A stretch of DNA of 64,000 nt from Octopus sinensis (lineage: Eukaryota), in contig NC_043000.1 in the NCBI RefSeq assembly GCF_006345805.1, positions 16,988,001 to 17,052,000 on the forward strand, given 5' to 3'. The notes beneath the pieces were generated by a model that searched no databases, had not been told where the DNA came from, and was given only the letters and a program-made list of their open reading frames with translations. Made by a program: the position numbers and the translations under genes. Every line of letters starts with the position of its first letter. Within the stretch, counting starts at the first letter, position 1. Shown in pieces: positions 50,444 to 63,454 of this stretch.

Positions 50444-50953
50444 TCTATCTATATATATAAAACTCTAGTTGTGTGAGTGTCTGTCCCCTTCGATTTAGAT
50501 TCCTAACTCCTCCCACATTTTGCGGTGCAGTTTGACCAAATTCGGGTATCTTATAGTCGTGATTCATATCGAGCCCGTCTGACTATTAGCGCGCGTCAAC
50601 GATGAGTCTACGATTTTAAAAATAATTTAACATCATTTTTTATTCCATTTTAATGCATAAAATGCATCGTATGTCGATGGCGGCGGAGTTGGCGTCCACG
50701 CTCACAGCTGCACCTGTTTGCTTCTCCCCCTTCCCTCCCTCGTGAAGCTGTGGGGAAGGGAGTGTAAAGAAATCAACGTCGTAATGCGTTGTGAAGGAAA
50801 CCAGCGTTCTTTTAGAACAACGACTTCATGGCTTGAAGACACCAAAACAAAAATGGCTAAGAAAGCCCGAATTTATAAGGGAAGTAACTCTCTAAAAATG
50901 CTTATATAGTTATTTCCCTTACAAACCCGAGCAACGCCGGGCGATACTGCTAG
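50444..50953 (+). mobile_element. Non-autonomous Helitron carrying a ~215-bp extra segment
   Basis: TCTAT(AT)nAAAA start; hairpin and CTAG end; 50658-50872 is absent from sibling copies. Confidence 0.88.
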
Positions 50954-51351
50954 TCTTTATATATAAAAGTGAAGTTGTGTATCTGTCTCCTACGATTTAG
51001 ATTCCTAACTACTCCCACATTTTGCGGTGCAGTTTAACCAAAAGCGGGTATCTTATAGTCGTGATTCATATCGAGCCCTTCTGGGTATTAGCGCGCGTCT
51101 ACGATGAGTCTACGATTTTAAAAAAAATCTACTATCATTTTTTTCCATTTTAATGCATTTTTTCGCTATTATATAAGGGAAGTAACTCTCTAAAAATGTC
51201 TACGATGAGTCAACGATTAAAAAAAAATTTACTATAATTTTTTTTCCATTTTTAATGCATTTTTTTTGCTATTTTTTGGCTATAACTCTCTAAAAATGCT
51301 TATATAGTTATTTCCCTTACAAATCCGAGCAACGCCGGGCGATACTGCTAG
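50954..51351 (+). mobile_element. Non-autonomous Helitron, head-to-tail with the previous copy
   Basis: Junction CTAG|TCTTTATATATAAAAG with no spacer. Confidence 0.9.
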
Positions 51352-51606
51352 TTACGTATACACTTCTCCTTGTCAGCTATCTGTTTCTTTGAAAGAAGCG
51401 TCGCATCACCGAACACAAAGGCATTCTATTTGCTTGTAGCCACATAACGTAAAACAACAATATCTATAAATACATTCTGTAATCATGACAGCCCGGGTCT
51501 TCTTTTCATTGACGTTAGACATCGCGGCGTTGCAGGTGAAGCGTGTCGACAGTTTCCACCGAGCAAAAGTCTGTTTAATCAACTCCTGCGCCTAAACTCC
51601 TGTTTA

Positions 51607-52008
51607 GACGCAGGAGTGGCTGTGTGGTGAGTAGCTTGCTTCCCAACCACATGGTTCCGAGTTCAGTCCCACGGCGTGGCACCTTGGGCAAGTGTCTTCT
51701 GCTATAGCCTCGGGCCGACCAAAGCCTTGTGAGTGGATTTGGTAGACGGAAACTGAAAGAAGCCTGTCGTATATATAACTATATATGTGTTTGTTGTTTG
51801 TGTCTGTGTTTGTCCCCCCCAACATCACTTGACAATCGATGCTGGTGTGTCTATGTCCCCGTCACTTAGCGGTTCGGCAAAAAGTGACCGATAGAATAAG
51901 TACTAGGCTTACAAAGAATAAGTCCTGGGGTCGATTTGCTCGACTAAAGGTGGTGCTCCAGCATGACCTCAGTCAAATGACTGAAACAAGTAAAAGAGTA
52001 AAAGAGTA
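51607..52008 (+). mobile_element. SINE family A
   Basis: Full-length. Confidence 0.9.
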
Positions 52009-52538
52009 CAGAGTTGTTATTCACCTTTCTGGATCGATAAAATGAAGTACTAGTCAAGTACAGGGGTCGATGGCTCCGATTTACACCTTTCCCTCGAAAT
52101 TACTGGCTTCGTGTCTAAATCAGAGAACGGCGAGCTGGCAGGATCGTTAAAGCGTCTGACAAAATACCTCGATATACTTTTACCGACTCTTTACGCTCTG
52201 AGTTCAGTTCCCGCTGGGGTCAACTTTGCCCTTCATCCCTCCGGGTTCGATAAAATGAAGTACCAGAGTTCATTGTATCGACTAAACACTTTTTCTCTCA
52301 TGGTGTTTGTTGTATGCTGGACGTTGCTATCGTGCTGGCCTTGTGCTTAAATCAGAGTCCATTGATGTTTTATTATTATTATTTTTTTTCTCAATCATTT
52401 ACTTTGGTACCCGAGGCTTGGACTCAGTGCTACCCGTCCTCTACAAAAGTTATGTTCGCATCACATCACAACACTCAGACAGAACTACTTCACCTCAGCT
52501 GGCCCTGCTCTCTTTAACACCATACCAAGACACATGAG

Positions 52539-52924
52539 TGGAGGTGCAATGGCCCAGTGGTTAGGGCAGCGGACTCGCGGTCATAGGATCGCGGTTTCGA
52601 TTCCCAGACCGGGCGTTGTGAGTGTTTATTGAGCGAAAACACCTAAAGCTCCACGAGGCTACGGCAGGGGATGGTAGTGATCCCTGCTGTACTCTTTCAC
52701 CACAACTTTCTCTCACTCTTACTTCCTGTTTCTGTTGTACCTGTATTTCAATGGGCCTGCCTTGTCACTCTCTGTGTCACGCTGAATATCCCCGAGAACT
52801 ACGTTAAGGGTACACGTGTGTCTGTGGAGTGCTCAGCCACTTACACGTTAATTTCACGAGCAGGCTGTTCCGTTGATTCGGATCAACCGGAACCCTCGTC
52901 GTCGTAACCGACGGAGTGCTTCCA
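52539..52924 (+). mobile_element. SINE family B, TSD accaagacacat
   Basis: Full-length, TSD visible. Confidence 0.92.
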
Positions 52925-53046
52925 TCATCACCAAGACACATAAGAAAAAGATCCCCTAATATTTAAACGGCTCCTGGACGAATATCTCAAACGAATTCCA
53001 GATAAACCACCTACCTCCGGATATATCTCTGCAAATAATAACTCTC

Positions 53047-53446
53047 GGATCTTTTCGGTTTAAACGGCAGTTTTTTAAAATAATTTCCACGTAACTAAAC
53101 ACTTTTAAACTTCGTATTCTTGTAGAATGTGTTTATAAAACATCTTTTTCTCTTGGCTTTATTGAGAAAATTCTATGGTTTGTAAGATATTTGTTGTTTT
53201 TTTTCTTCAATTTCTGCGATTTCAACCAATCAATGACGTCTATTGAGGTGAAAACATTCAGTGCCGTATGAATATGTCCCTCGTTTAAGAAACAGATTGG
53301 GTTTATTTACATTTGTGAAGAAAAAAGATACCCTTCCCCTAACCCTAACACATTGAAATGCAATAGATTGATACTAGGTCATAATTGTGGGTGACAATTT
53401 TATATGACACCGCTAGAAAAAACTGCCGTTCAAACCGAAAAGATCC
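53047..53446 (+). mobile_element. Merlin-like non-autonomous DNA transposon, perfect 8-bp TSD taactctc
   Basis: GGATCTTTTCGGTTT...AAACCGAAAAGATCC. Confidence 0.82.
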
Positions 53447-54257
53447 TAACTCTCTACTCGAATGGACTATGGATACCCCAAGAATGACTCATATGTCTTT
53501 TAAATATCTTTTCCAGGTGGTGCTAATAAGTTAGATATGGTCTTGGCCAACCAATGCTGGCCAAAACTTATCTAAGTAAATATGGGAGAGGTGAGAACAG
53601 GCTGTATCAGGTTAAAACCAGCCTTTCGCTCATAGATGCTATTTGTGCTTGACTTTTATATACGAACTTCTCCCTCTCTTTCTCACACGATACACTACTC
53701 ATGTAAAGGGATCTCTTTCGATTTCGACGATGACTATTCAGTTTAACCGCCCGATAACTGCAATAATGTGAGCGTGGAAGAACATTTCACAGACACGTGT
53801 AACCTTGATATTGTTATGCTGAATCAGCGTGATACAGCGCGTGACGGTTTGACATTCAAAATACGGGTACAACCTATCAAACGGACTTTGGGTCAACTAA
53901 AGCCACCGTAAAAGGTACTTGGCCAAGATGCCACGCAGTAGGATCGAACCTGGGACTTCGTGAACGCAAAGCGAACTTCTTGACAATTCGGTCATGCTGT
54001 TATCCAATATACTTACTGAAGTGAAAGGCAGGCACGAACTCACGTATTTTGGTGTGTGTCTGTGTGAGAGAGAGGGGAGGAAGATAGAGAGAGGGGAAGG
54101 GGGGAGAGAGAGAGAGAGAAATGGGTGGTTGAGTTGAGATTGATATTGTTTTTAAACAGAAGGATGGAAGACCAAGTTGACTTCGTGCAGCTTGAATTCA
54201 GAATATAAAAAGAAATAACTTAAGCTGTGACGCTCTAGCGTAAGCACAAGGAAAGAG

Positions 54258-54430
<173 letters not shown>

Positions 54431-54599
54431 ATGTGTGTCCCAGCACGATCACATACAACTGGAATGGCAGAAAGGAGGGAAAGAGAGAGAGACAGACAGA
54501 CAGAGATAGATAGATATATAGACAGACAAATGCACGCACGCACGCAGAGTTGTGAGACCTGCATATCAATATAACGAGGGCACAAACGCAAAGTGTAAA

Positions 54600-54810
54600 T
54601 CAGTGACCTTTAATATCACCAACCGTCTCTCTTTCCCACCCGTTCGGTATGAGACTTACGAAACGAAAGCAAACGAAATTATTAACTCGTACCACCATAT
54701 AAGGAAATGCCACTGGCAAATATCAGACCCACCCATGCACCGAACGGCCATACCTCGCAAAATTAGAAAGGAGAGGCGATCGGATTATGATTACGTGACG
54801 TTCATGCATT
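54600..54810. promoter_or_regulatory. CArG box CCATATAAGG (54695-54704) with adjacent GGAA and CRE-like TACGTGACGT (about 54792-54801) in CpG-rich unique DNA
   Basis: Exact CC(A/T)6GG match; a minus-strand donor TTC|gtaagt lies near 54660. Confidence 0.45.
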
Positions 54811-54974
54811 CACTAACGGGTTATAGTGACCCAAGTTTGGTAGGTAGATAGGCAAGTTATGAAAAACTAACAGCTTTTATTAAAATGCTTCGCGAATTTT
54901 TTTGTTCTGAGTTCAAATACTGTTTGGTCGTTAACTTTGCTTTTCATCTTTCTAAGGTCGGTATAGAAGACTGG

Positions 54975-55360
54975 TGGAGGCGCAATGGCCCAGTGGTTAG
55001 GGCAGCGGACTCGCGGTCATAGGAATGTGGTTTCGATTCCCAGACCGGGCGTTGTGAGTGTTTATTGAGCGAAAACACCTAAAAGCTCCACGAGGCTCCG
55101 GCAGGGGATGGTGGTGATCCCTGCTGTACTCTTTCACCACAACTTTCTCTCACTCTTTCTTCCTGTTTCTGTTGTACCTGTATTTCAAAGACGCCGGCCT
55201 TGTCACTCTCTGTGTCACGCTGAATATCCCCGAGAACTACGTTAAGGGTGCACGTGTCTGTGGAGTGCTCAGCCACTTACACGTTAATTTCACGAGCAGG
55301 CTGTTCCGTTGATTCGGATCAACCGGAACCCTCATCGTCGTAACCGACGGAGTGCTTCCA
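54975..55360 (+). mobile_element. SINE family B, TSD atagaagact
   Basis: Full-length. Confidence 0.92.
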
Positions 55361-55471
55361 TTCCATAGAAGACTACATCTTCACATCGTCCTCTCAGAAT
55401 AATGGCCTTTTGCCTCTCTAAAAGACCATAATTACGAGCCAAAAGACAAGCCAAACTATTTTTGGTACTAC

Positions 55472-55567
55472 TTAAATACAGAGGTCCCGACGCATCTACG
55501 TAACCCTAACGAGTGTGCACTGTAAAAATATATTGTTACGTAGATGCATCGGGACCTCTGTATTTAA
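55472..55567. mobile_element. Tiny MITE-like inverted repeat (~33-bp arms)
   Basis: TTAAATACAGAGGTCCCGACGCATCTACGTAAC...GTTACGTAGATGCATCGGGACCTCTGTATTTAA. Confidence 0.7.
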
Positions 55568-55675
55568 ATAGTGCCCTATTTTTTACCTGTGGACTCTTTG
55601 ATTCTTATTTTATCCTACTGGACCTCCTTAGTTATTCGATGTTTAAAAAAGTCCTAGTATATTTTTATAATTAGA

Positions 55676-56061
55676 CTAGCAGTATCGCCCGGCGTTGCTC
55701 GGGTTTGTAAGGGAAATAACTATATAAGCATTTTTAGAGAGTTATAGCCAAAATATAGCAAAAAAACTGCATTAAAAATGGAAAAAAAATTATGGTAAAT
55801 TTTTTTAAATCGTTGACTCATCGTAAACATTTTTAGAGAGTTACTTCCCTTATATAATAGCGAAAAAATGCATTAAAATGGAAAAAAATGATGGTAAATT
55901 TTTTTTTAAATCGAAGACGCGCGCTAATACCCAGAAGGGCTCGATATGAATCACGACTATAAGATACCCGCTTTTGGTTAAACTGCACCGCAAAATGTGG
56001 GAGTAGTTAGGAATCTAAATCGTAGGAGACAGACACACAACTTCTCTTTTATATATAAAGA
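55676..56061 (-). mobile_element. Non-autonomous Helitron
   Basis: Reverse complement of 16127-16513, with an A|T target. Confidence 0.9.
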
Positions 56062-56075
56062 TATTACTAGGAACT

Positions 56076-56301
56076 CTCTTTTTTTACTCTTTTACTCTTT
56101 TACTTGTTTCAGTCATTTGACTGCGGCCATGCTGGAGCACCGGCTTTAGTCGAGCAAATTGACCCCGGGACTTATTCTTTGTAAGCCCAGTACTTATTCT
56201 ATCGGTCTCTTTTTGCCGAACCGCTAAGTGACGGGGACGTAAACACACCAGCATCGGTTGTCAAGCAATGCTAGGGGGACAAACACAGACACACAAAACA
56301 A

Positions 56302-56356
<55 letters not shown>

Positions 56357-56522
56357 TACGACAGGCTTCTTTCAGTTTCCGTCTACCAAATCCACTCACA
56401 AGGCTCTGGTCGGTCCGAGGCTATAGCAGAAGACACTTGCCCAAGGTGCCATGCCGTGGGACTGAACCCGGAACCATGTGGTTGGTTAGCAAGCTACTTA
56501 CCACACAGCCACTCCTGCGCCT
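56076..56522 (-). mobile_element. SINE family A, young
   Basis: Near consensus. Confidence 0.92.
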
Positions 56523-56531
56523 ATTATGTAA

Positions 56532-56845
56532 GAAATTAAAATATTTTGTTGTGTCTGGGGAGAGTCATTCTCTTTTAGCGCTTTATTATTTAACACACTC
56601 ATTGGTTCGATTTCCACTCAATTATTATTTTCTCTCAGATTTTCGTTGCATCTTGCAACCTTTTCAATAGTCGTTGACTCTGTCCGTTGTTGCAGCTCAA
56701 AATCAACGACTATTGAAAAGTTTGCAAGACACAACGAAAATTTTAGAAAAAAAAATAATAATAAATGGAAATCGAACCGGTGAGTGTGTTAAATAATAAG
56801 GCACTAAAAAGAATGACTCTCCCCAAACACAATAAAATATGCTTC
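56532..56845. mobile_element. Fold-back MITE with ~130-bp imperfect TIRs
   Basis: GTGTCTGGGGAGAGTCATTC... pairs with ...GAATGACTCTCCCCAAACAC; ~25-nt central loop. Confidence 0.75.
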
Positions 56846-57709
56846 AACACATGAATTCACATAAAGAATCTTGCAAACCAAATACAAAAACGGAATAAAA
56901 TTTTGTGAGTATTGTAAAAATGTAACCAATTAACAACAAAATCTTATATGGACCCCGAAAGGTCATATAGACCCCGGTTCTAAGCAGTCACTTGACCTGC
57001 TACTACAAATAAATTGCAGTTGACTCTTCCTCAAATCACACCATAAAGTCTTTAAAAAAAGAAATAAAGCAATGTCGCAATGTTGTAAATGTGGCATGGT
57101 GACTTCAGGCTAAATATGAACAGCCAAAAGGCATTTAGTCAGGCGTGGTTTACTGTTTCTTCCACATTCGCCGCCTAACATTAAATTTCATAACTCCAAG
57201 TACTGTGGTTGAGTGGTGTTGTCGAGAATAAAAAAAACAATAATAATACAAAATTGACCCGGATTTAATTCCCGATTGGAGTCGTATCATTTTCATTAGA
57301 AAGGTTCTTAGAAGATATAACATAACTTGCAAAATTCACCAGTTTCTCGTGTCATGTCAAGTTAATACGGAATTTTATCAACTCCGGGGTAAGGGCAAAT
57401 CAAGCCTCTATAGGCACAAATCAAAACTAAAGAGTTAACAATTTAGTGTAAAGCACGAAAATTTACTCTTTATAATTCCAAGTTTGCACACACTCCTAAA
57501 TATATATACACACAAAATTTATTTATTTACATTTCAACACAAATTATATAACAGCGACTCGTTTGTGGTTGAAATTAACACACTACACTATCTTTCATCT
57601 CGGCTATCACCATAGAATAATAATTCGCAACCATTTTGTTTGTATTTCTTTCGCCCCCATTCCACTGTGGAATGAAATTAAGAGACTAATTTAGTAGAGC
57701 AGCTCTCGT

Positions 57710-57947
57710 GACCTTTTTCAACACCTCCTACGAGGAAAGAAGACAGTCAATCTGCAGGCTGGAGACCTGGTTCGAATAGTAGCAACAGAGTGGAGTCCGC
57801 TAAAGACATCCATGGGTCAAGCGGTGAGGACCTTTTTCAGCACCTCCTACGAGGAAAGAAGACAGTCATCTGCAGGCTGGAGACCTGGTTCGAATACTAG
57901 CAACAGAGTGGAGTTCGCTAAAGACATCCATGAGTCAGGCGGTGAGG
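57710..57947 (+). repeat. Tandem duplication of a 119-bp unit
   Basis: GACCTTTTTCA restarts at 57829; few mismatches. Confidence 0.9.
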
Positions 57948-57949
57948 TT

Positions 57950-58850
57950 AAACCTGGTGGAGGATTGAGCCTAACATTTAAAAACAAGGACGGTCACTTT
58001 GAATGGGTTTCCATACAGTTTCCGCCTTGTAAAATTCACATTGTGAGGTCTTTGGTCGATCCCAGGTCCAAGATACTGCATAGTGATGTTCGAACCCCAA
58101 ACCCACAAAGTTACGAAATAAAATTGCAAACCAGACAACCACAACTCTGACCGTAATTGCTCTAAATGGAAGATCAACAAAATGAAAATTTGGCTGATCT
58201 TGTAGAATTTAGCAGAGTATAATTGTATGGTAGGAGGAGGAATGGAGTTGAATGGACTTCGTATTTGGGTGTGGCAAGAACAACAATAACAAAAAGAGAT
58301 CCTAATTGAAGAATTTCGAAGACCAAAACGAAATGTCAGAAAATTAACGCAGGATGGCAATAGGCGTAGGAGAGAACTTTGGTAATCATACTTTCTGTAT
58401 ATCATAAAGAACTAGCATGCGTCATTTGAAAATGTTCCAATCTTGTCGATAGTCAAATTAATTGCTCTACTCTCCCTCCCAGTATCAAGAGGAGAGCCAA
58501 CGAGGGTGCTTTAGGCAGTCGTACTTTTGTTGATTTATGCCGGACACGAAGACAAATGCGTTACGTGTCCAATTACTTGTAGGATTTGTGAGGCATTGCC
58601 CAATCATTGCTCTTCCAAGTAATAGTGTAGCTGCTGGGTCTCATCCACCATTGAAAAGCAAGCGGCACTAAGAAGAGTTCGGGATCCTCAACCGTAGATC
58701 CTTGCTAGAGGGCAGATGTACCAATCTCTTGGTAAAATACACTCTACCAAGTAAACTCAAAAAGGTGTTGTAAGTCGACTGATCACCAATGTTATGTCTG
58801 GTTTTAGAAGGAGACAAGTAATTGGATAGATTTGCATCTATACCTATTAT
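57950..58850 (+). mobile_element. Possible decayed retrotransposon remnant (gag zinc-knuckle-like)
   Basis: Interrupted translation around 58500-58620 gives CFRQSYFC..GHEDKC...CRICEALPNHC; weak motif similarity only. Confidence 0.3.
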
Positions 58851-59288
58851 CGGATTTTGTTAGGTCTCCATATGGTAAAGATGTGGATGGGGAAAATGTG
58901 GGTAGAAGGTGATGTGCTGGCAACTCTTATTGTTTTACAAAGTAAACAACAACACAAATAATTACGCAGAGGCAGCCATGGTTGAAACAAGAACAATAAT
59001 CATTCTTTACCCAAGTGACCTTATCTTATCGCCCATCACTAGTTATGCGCTCATAAATTAGTTTGATAGTTGAGCTCTGATTGGAAAAAAAAATTTCGTG
59101 GCCCGATCCGGGGATAAACAATGTTTTAGCCGTTTTCTCAACCTACAGACCTATACGTGCTGCTTCACCTCTCCACATTAAAATGTTAATCTTCCGCCAA
59201 TCTAGTGTGATTTGTGAACGGATTAATTGAAGTGTATAGTATCTTACTTCCCACTTGATAGTAGCAAAAGAAGAATAGGTCATACACC

Positions 59289-59885
59289 CAGGGCCGTCGC
59301 TAAGCCCCTGCAACCCCTGCGGTCGCAGGGGGCCTCCACGGTTGAAGGGCCCCATGATAAGATCAAAGTACGTAGATGAGTCATCTATTTACTTTTGTTA
59401 AGATATTTATCAAGAATTAAACTATGTTAGCTGGAAATTTCAAGAAATAAAATGGTAATACATGGTACCTGCAAAAGTTCTTGTAAAAATATTACATTGT
59501 ACCACGAACGTGTACCAGACTTTATGGATTGTTTATGATATCCATTGAACACGAAGTTAGCTCTCAGTTTGATTATTCTGAACAGATCGAGGATTTCACG
59601 AAGCGTAAAGTGCACCGTGTTTGTTTTTGAAAGTTGTCTGGATCATAAAAGTGCTCTTTTATTGATATATGGAAGTTTTGCTTACTGAAATTTGTAATAG
59701 ACCTAAATAAATTTAACTTGTACTTTTAAAGATGTTCTTCGGGATAGTGTGAAATATTGAACTTCAGATAGAATAATGTAAAATATAGCAATGACTAAAA
59801 GGTGCATAGATTATAAATTTTTACTGAAGGAATGGAACCTCGGAACAAAAAGTTGCAGGGGTCCTAGTCACGCGATGGAGCTGTC
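59289..59885. mobile_element. hAT-like non-autonomous element with GC-rich ends
   Basis: CAGGGCCGTCGCTAAGCCCCTGCAACCCC start; GTTGCAGGGGTCC near the far end; TSD not confirmed. Confidence 0.45.
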
Positions 59886-61129
59886 AGTCAAAATGAATCG
59901 TCTAATCAGCGTTGAGAAAGACACATTCAGCTGTCAACAGAAAATTTCAACATCCCTCCAATTATTCATATAAATAGCCTAATTCGATCGCATTGCGTGG
60001 ACGTTGTCGGTTAACATTTTATATTACAACAACGGGTCGATCAGTACTTTGAAAGTGAAATTGGTAGACAGAAATTGAAGAAGCCTATTGTGTGTCGTGT
60101 GTGTGTGAAAGTGTGTGTGTAGCTGCGAAAGCATCTCCAGGCTTCTTGACATATTGTCCGGCCTGCAGAAACTAAGGGATCGTTCGGATGGTGTCATTCA
60201 TTTCCAGTTCACTGCTTAGCTATATCCGGGGTATTCGTTGTTCAATAGACTTAGGGGGTTTATTACCTTGCTTGAAAACAACTGGGGGTTGCCAACAAGA
60301 AGGGCATCCGATCACAGAAAACCTGCTTTATCGAATTTCGTCTGACTCATTACATGCAGGGAAACTGGATATTAAAACTATGACGATGAATTGTAATGTC
60401 CACTTGATAATTTTAAAAATATTCCATCCTTGGATGGATAAATCTCAATGTGAAGTCTATAGGGTACACGATGAGTGGGTAAGTTCAGAACTGTCTATTC
60501 AAAGGCTACGAGTCCAAATACATTGGTGTTTTGTCGAATTTCTGTTCTGTAGACTTATTTTCTACATTGTACCAGTTTCAGTAGCCGACAGGAACAGGCA
60601 CAAGATCATCTGTGAATGTTATTTACGTTAGGCTGAGTGATGTCTTTCAGATAGCTACAAGTCTTATTCCTATATAGTACAATATAGTTTTCTGTCACTG
60701 AAGCAGAAAACTATATTCTAAAACGTCTCAATTTACTTAGCTATCAGAAGTAGGTATTGTATCTGAGAAAGTTTGACTGACTTACTAACCAGTGGACTTG
60801 CTAACCTCTGGGTTAGTACACTTGAAATAGAAAACCAGATCCTATGAAAATGTCACTCAAGAGATACTAACATTCCCTTTAGAGGGGCAATATAGCTCTT
60901 CTCATCTGCTAAACTCTGTGAAACAAGCTTTAAAGTGTGAAGATCTTAAAACAGTTTGTGAAAGTAAGAGACATTTGTAGAAATTCTGAGTGTAACCTAA
61001 ATGGAAAATCTTTACAAAGCACAAGGAGAGAGTCAGCCACCAGATAAATCACATCTTTTGGTCCTCCTAATCTCCCAATATAAGATCAGTATAGCTAATT
61101 TCTATATGTCACTCTCTTTACTATTATGT

Positions 61130-61340
61130 ATGGTGGTATGGTTTTGGTTTCGATTCCTGAACCGGGCGATGCGTTGTGTTCTTGAGCAAAACACATCATT
61201 TCACGTTGCTTCAGTCCACTCAGCTGGCAAAAAATGAGTATTCCTATGACGAGTATTCCTGCCACAGAATCCGGGAAGCCGGCCTTATGAGCTGTATGAT
61301 TTGGGAAGGAGGTGTATGTGTGATCAGGAGCAAAGGCGTA
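61130..61340 (+). mobile_element. SINE family E (CORE-like)
   Basis: GGTTTCGATTCC B-box and CTTGAGCAAAACAC...CACTCAGCTGG. Confidence 0.65.
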
Positions 61341-61727
61341 AGAGAGATCTTTTAACAAAGAGTAAGAGAGACCCTTTAGAAAAAGCATAAGAGAGATCCT
61401 TTAGCAAAGGGTAAGAGAGACCCTTTAGAAAAGGCGTAAGAGAGACCCTTTAGCAAAGGCGTAAGAGAGACCCTTTAGCAAAGGTGTAAGAGAGACCCTT
61501 TAGCAAAGGTGTAAGAGAGACCCTTTAGCAAAGGTGTAAGAGAGACCCTTTAGCAAAGGTGTAAGAGAGACCCTTTAGCAATGGTGTAAGAGAGACCCTT
61601 TAGCAAAGGCGTAAGAGAGACCATTTAGCAAAGGAGTAAGAGAGAGACCCTTTAGCAAAGGCGTAAGAGTGACCCTTTAGCAAAGGCGTAAGAGAGACCC
61701 TTTAACAAACAGTAAGAGAGACCCTTT
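61330..61727 (+). repeat. 25-bp minisatellite (TAAGAGAGACCCTTTAGCAAAGGYG), about 16 units
   Basis: Direct inspection; no unique spacers. Confidence 0.95.
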
Positions 61728-62834
61728 TGGTACTACAAAAGTTGTTGGTGGTGTAGAGTAGAGTTGAGTTGATAGCGTTGGTACTATAAATAGAGATAGT
61801 GATAGTGTAGTGGTTGTATTTCTTACAACTCTACTAACCATTCAAATGATTACTGAGTACCCAAGTTTTCCCCCATTTTGAAAACCGTCATCTTTTAAAA
61901 GCAAAGTGCCCATTTGTATATCCCTCCCCCCACCCCCTCTTTGCCCAAGACTTCGTAGGCGTTCCCGACGAGGTATTCATGCGACACTATGACACTGATT
62001 TAATAATCACAATTTAATAATCACATGTGGATGTGTGAGCATACTCGCAATCTTGATCATACAAACATTCATACAAGCTTAAAGGGAAAAACTTGTATAC
62101 AAAAAACATGGGGAACAGACCCTCCCAGACTCTCTCTCTCATACACACACATGTATATATACATAATACAAATCTTCATCTGTATCAAATTAGACCGAAT
62201 TGAAAATACGTATCGACATATACACTCGAGCCCCAACTCCGCCACACACATATATCTATAAAATGTAAAAAACAAAACACACCCAGAAATATAAACGAGC
62301 AAGCTACAAAACACACAGCATTTTGTATCCCTCCCCGTCACACCAAAGTAACAAATATCTCTAGAATGTCAACTACTTAAGATCACAAAGATCTATCTAG
62401 CAGACTTTCCATATATTGTATATATGGTGCTGAACTGCAAAATACCAAAAAACCCAAAATGTAAATTAGAAAGCCAAAACAGCTTTCAAAGAGAAATTAG
62501 CGAGGAGTTAATTAATTACTTATACTCTAATCATCTGATTCATTATCATTTTCATTATAAAGTAAAAAAATAAAAAACAAAACTTAAGATACTAAAAAAA
62601 AAACACGCATTTCTTTTGGTTGTTGTTGTTGTTACTTTTTTTAACTATTAATAATTATTCGTGTTTTACTGATGATGCAATTAAGTTTTTCAAAGAACAG
62701 CAGACAAACATTCCACTGCAGTTCATACCATGCTTTATATGACACCAACTGCATGCAATGTTAGAATTCATTCCACCTTTAAAGCTTTGGCTTGTTTCAT
62801 GTTTCCTGCTTTACTGGAATTATTATTATTTTTG

Positions 62835-63218
62835 TGGAGGCGCAATGACCCAGTGGTTAGGGCAGCGGACTCGCGGTCGTAGGATCGCGGTTTCGATTCC
62901 CAGACCGGGCGTTGTGAGTGTTTATTGAGCGAAAACACCTAAAAGTTCCACGAGGCTCCGGCAGGGGATGGTGGTGATCCCTGCTGTACTCTTTCACCAC
63001 AACTTTCTCTCACTCTTACTTCCTGTTTCTGTTGTACCTGTATTTCAAGGGGCCGGCCTTGTCACTCTCTGTGTCACGCTGAATATCCCCGAGAACTACG
63101 TTAAGGGTACACGTGTCTGTGGAGTGCTCAGCCCCTTACACGTTAATTTCACGAGCAGGCTGTTCCGTTGATCGGATCAACCGGAACCCTCGTCGTCGTA
63201 ACCGACGGAGTGCTTCCA
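62835..63218 (+). mobile_element. SINE family B
   Basis: Full-length, AT-rich TSD-like flanks. Confidence 0.92.
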
Positions 63219-63454
63219 CATTATTATTTTTATATTGCTTGTTTGTTTTAACTGATGTTAGCTGACATAACTGAGGCGTAGGTGTTATATGGGGAATATA
63301 GGAATGTCTAATCCTGTATTCCTATAGTTTACGATACAGAGGTGATGAGAGTGAGTTGATAGTATAAAGAGAGTGGTGAGATGGCAATGTAAGGGTGGTG
63401 ACATATAAAGGTTAATCATGCAGAAGTGGTGTTGAGATTGTATCATCTATACAG

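Noticed and set aside
57971-58405. 144-aa minus-strand ORF
   Set aside because: No motif; probably the antisense of a decayed element.
60188-60631. 147-aa ORF
   Set aside because: It crosses a degenerate family D fragment, has no recognisable domain and no splice context.
61330-61727. CRISPR-like array of short palindromic repeats
   Set aside because: Repeats are contiguous with no unique spacers, there are no cas genes, and the context is eukaryotic; it is a minisatellite.
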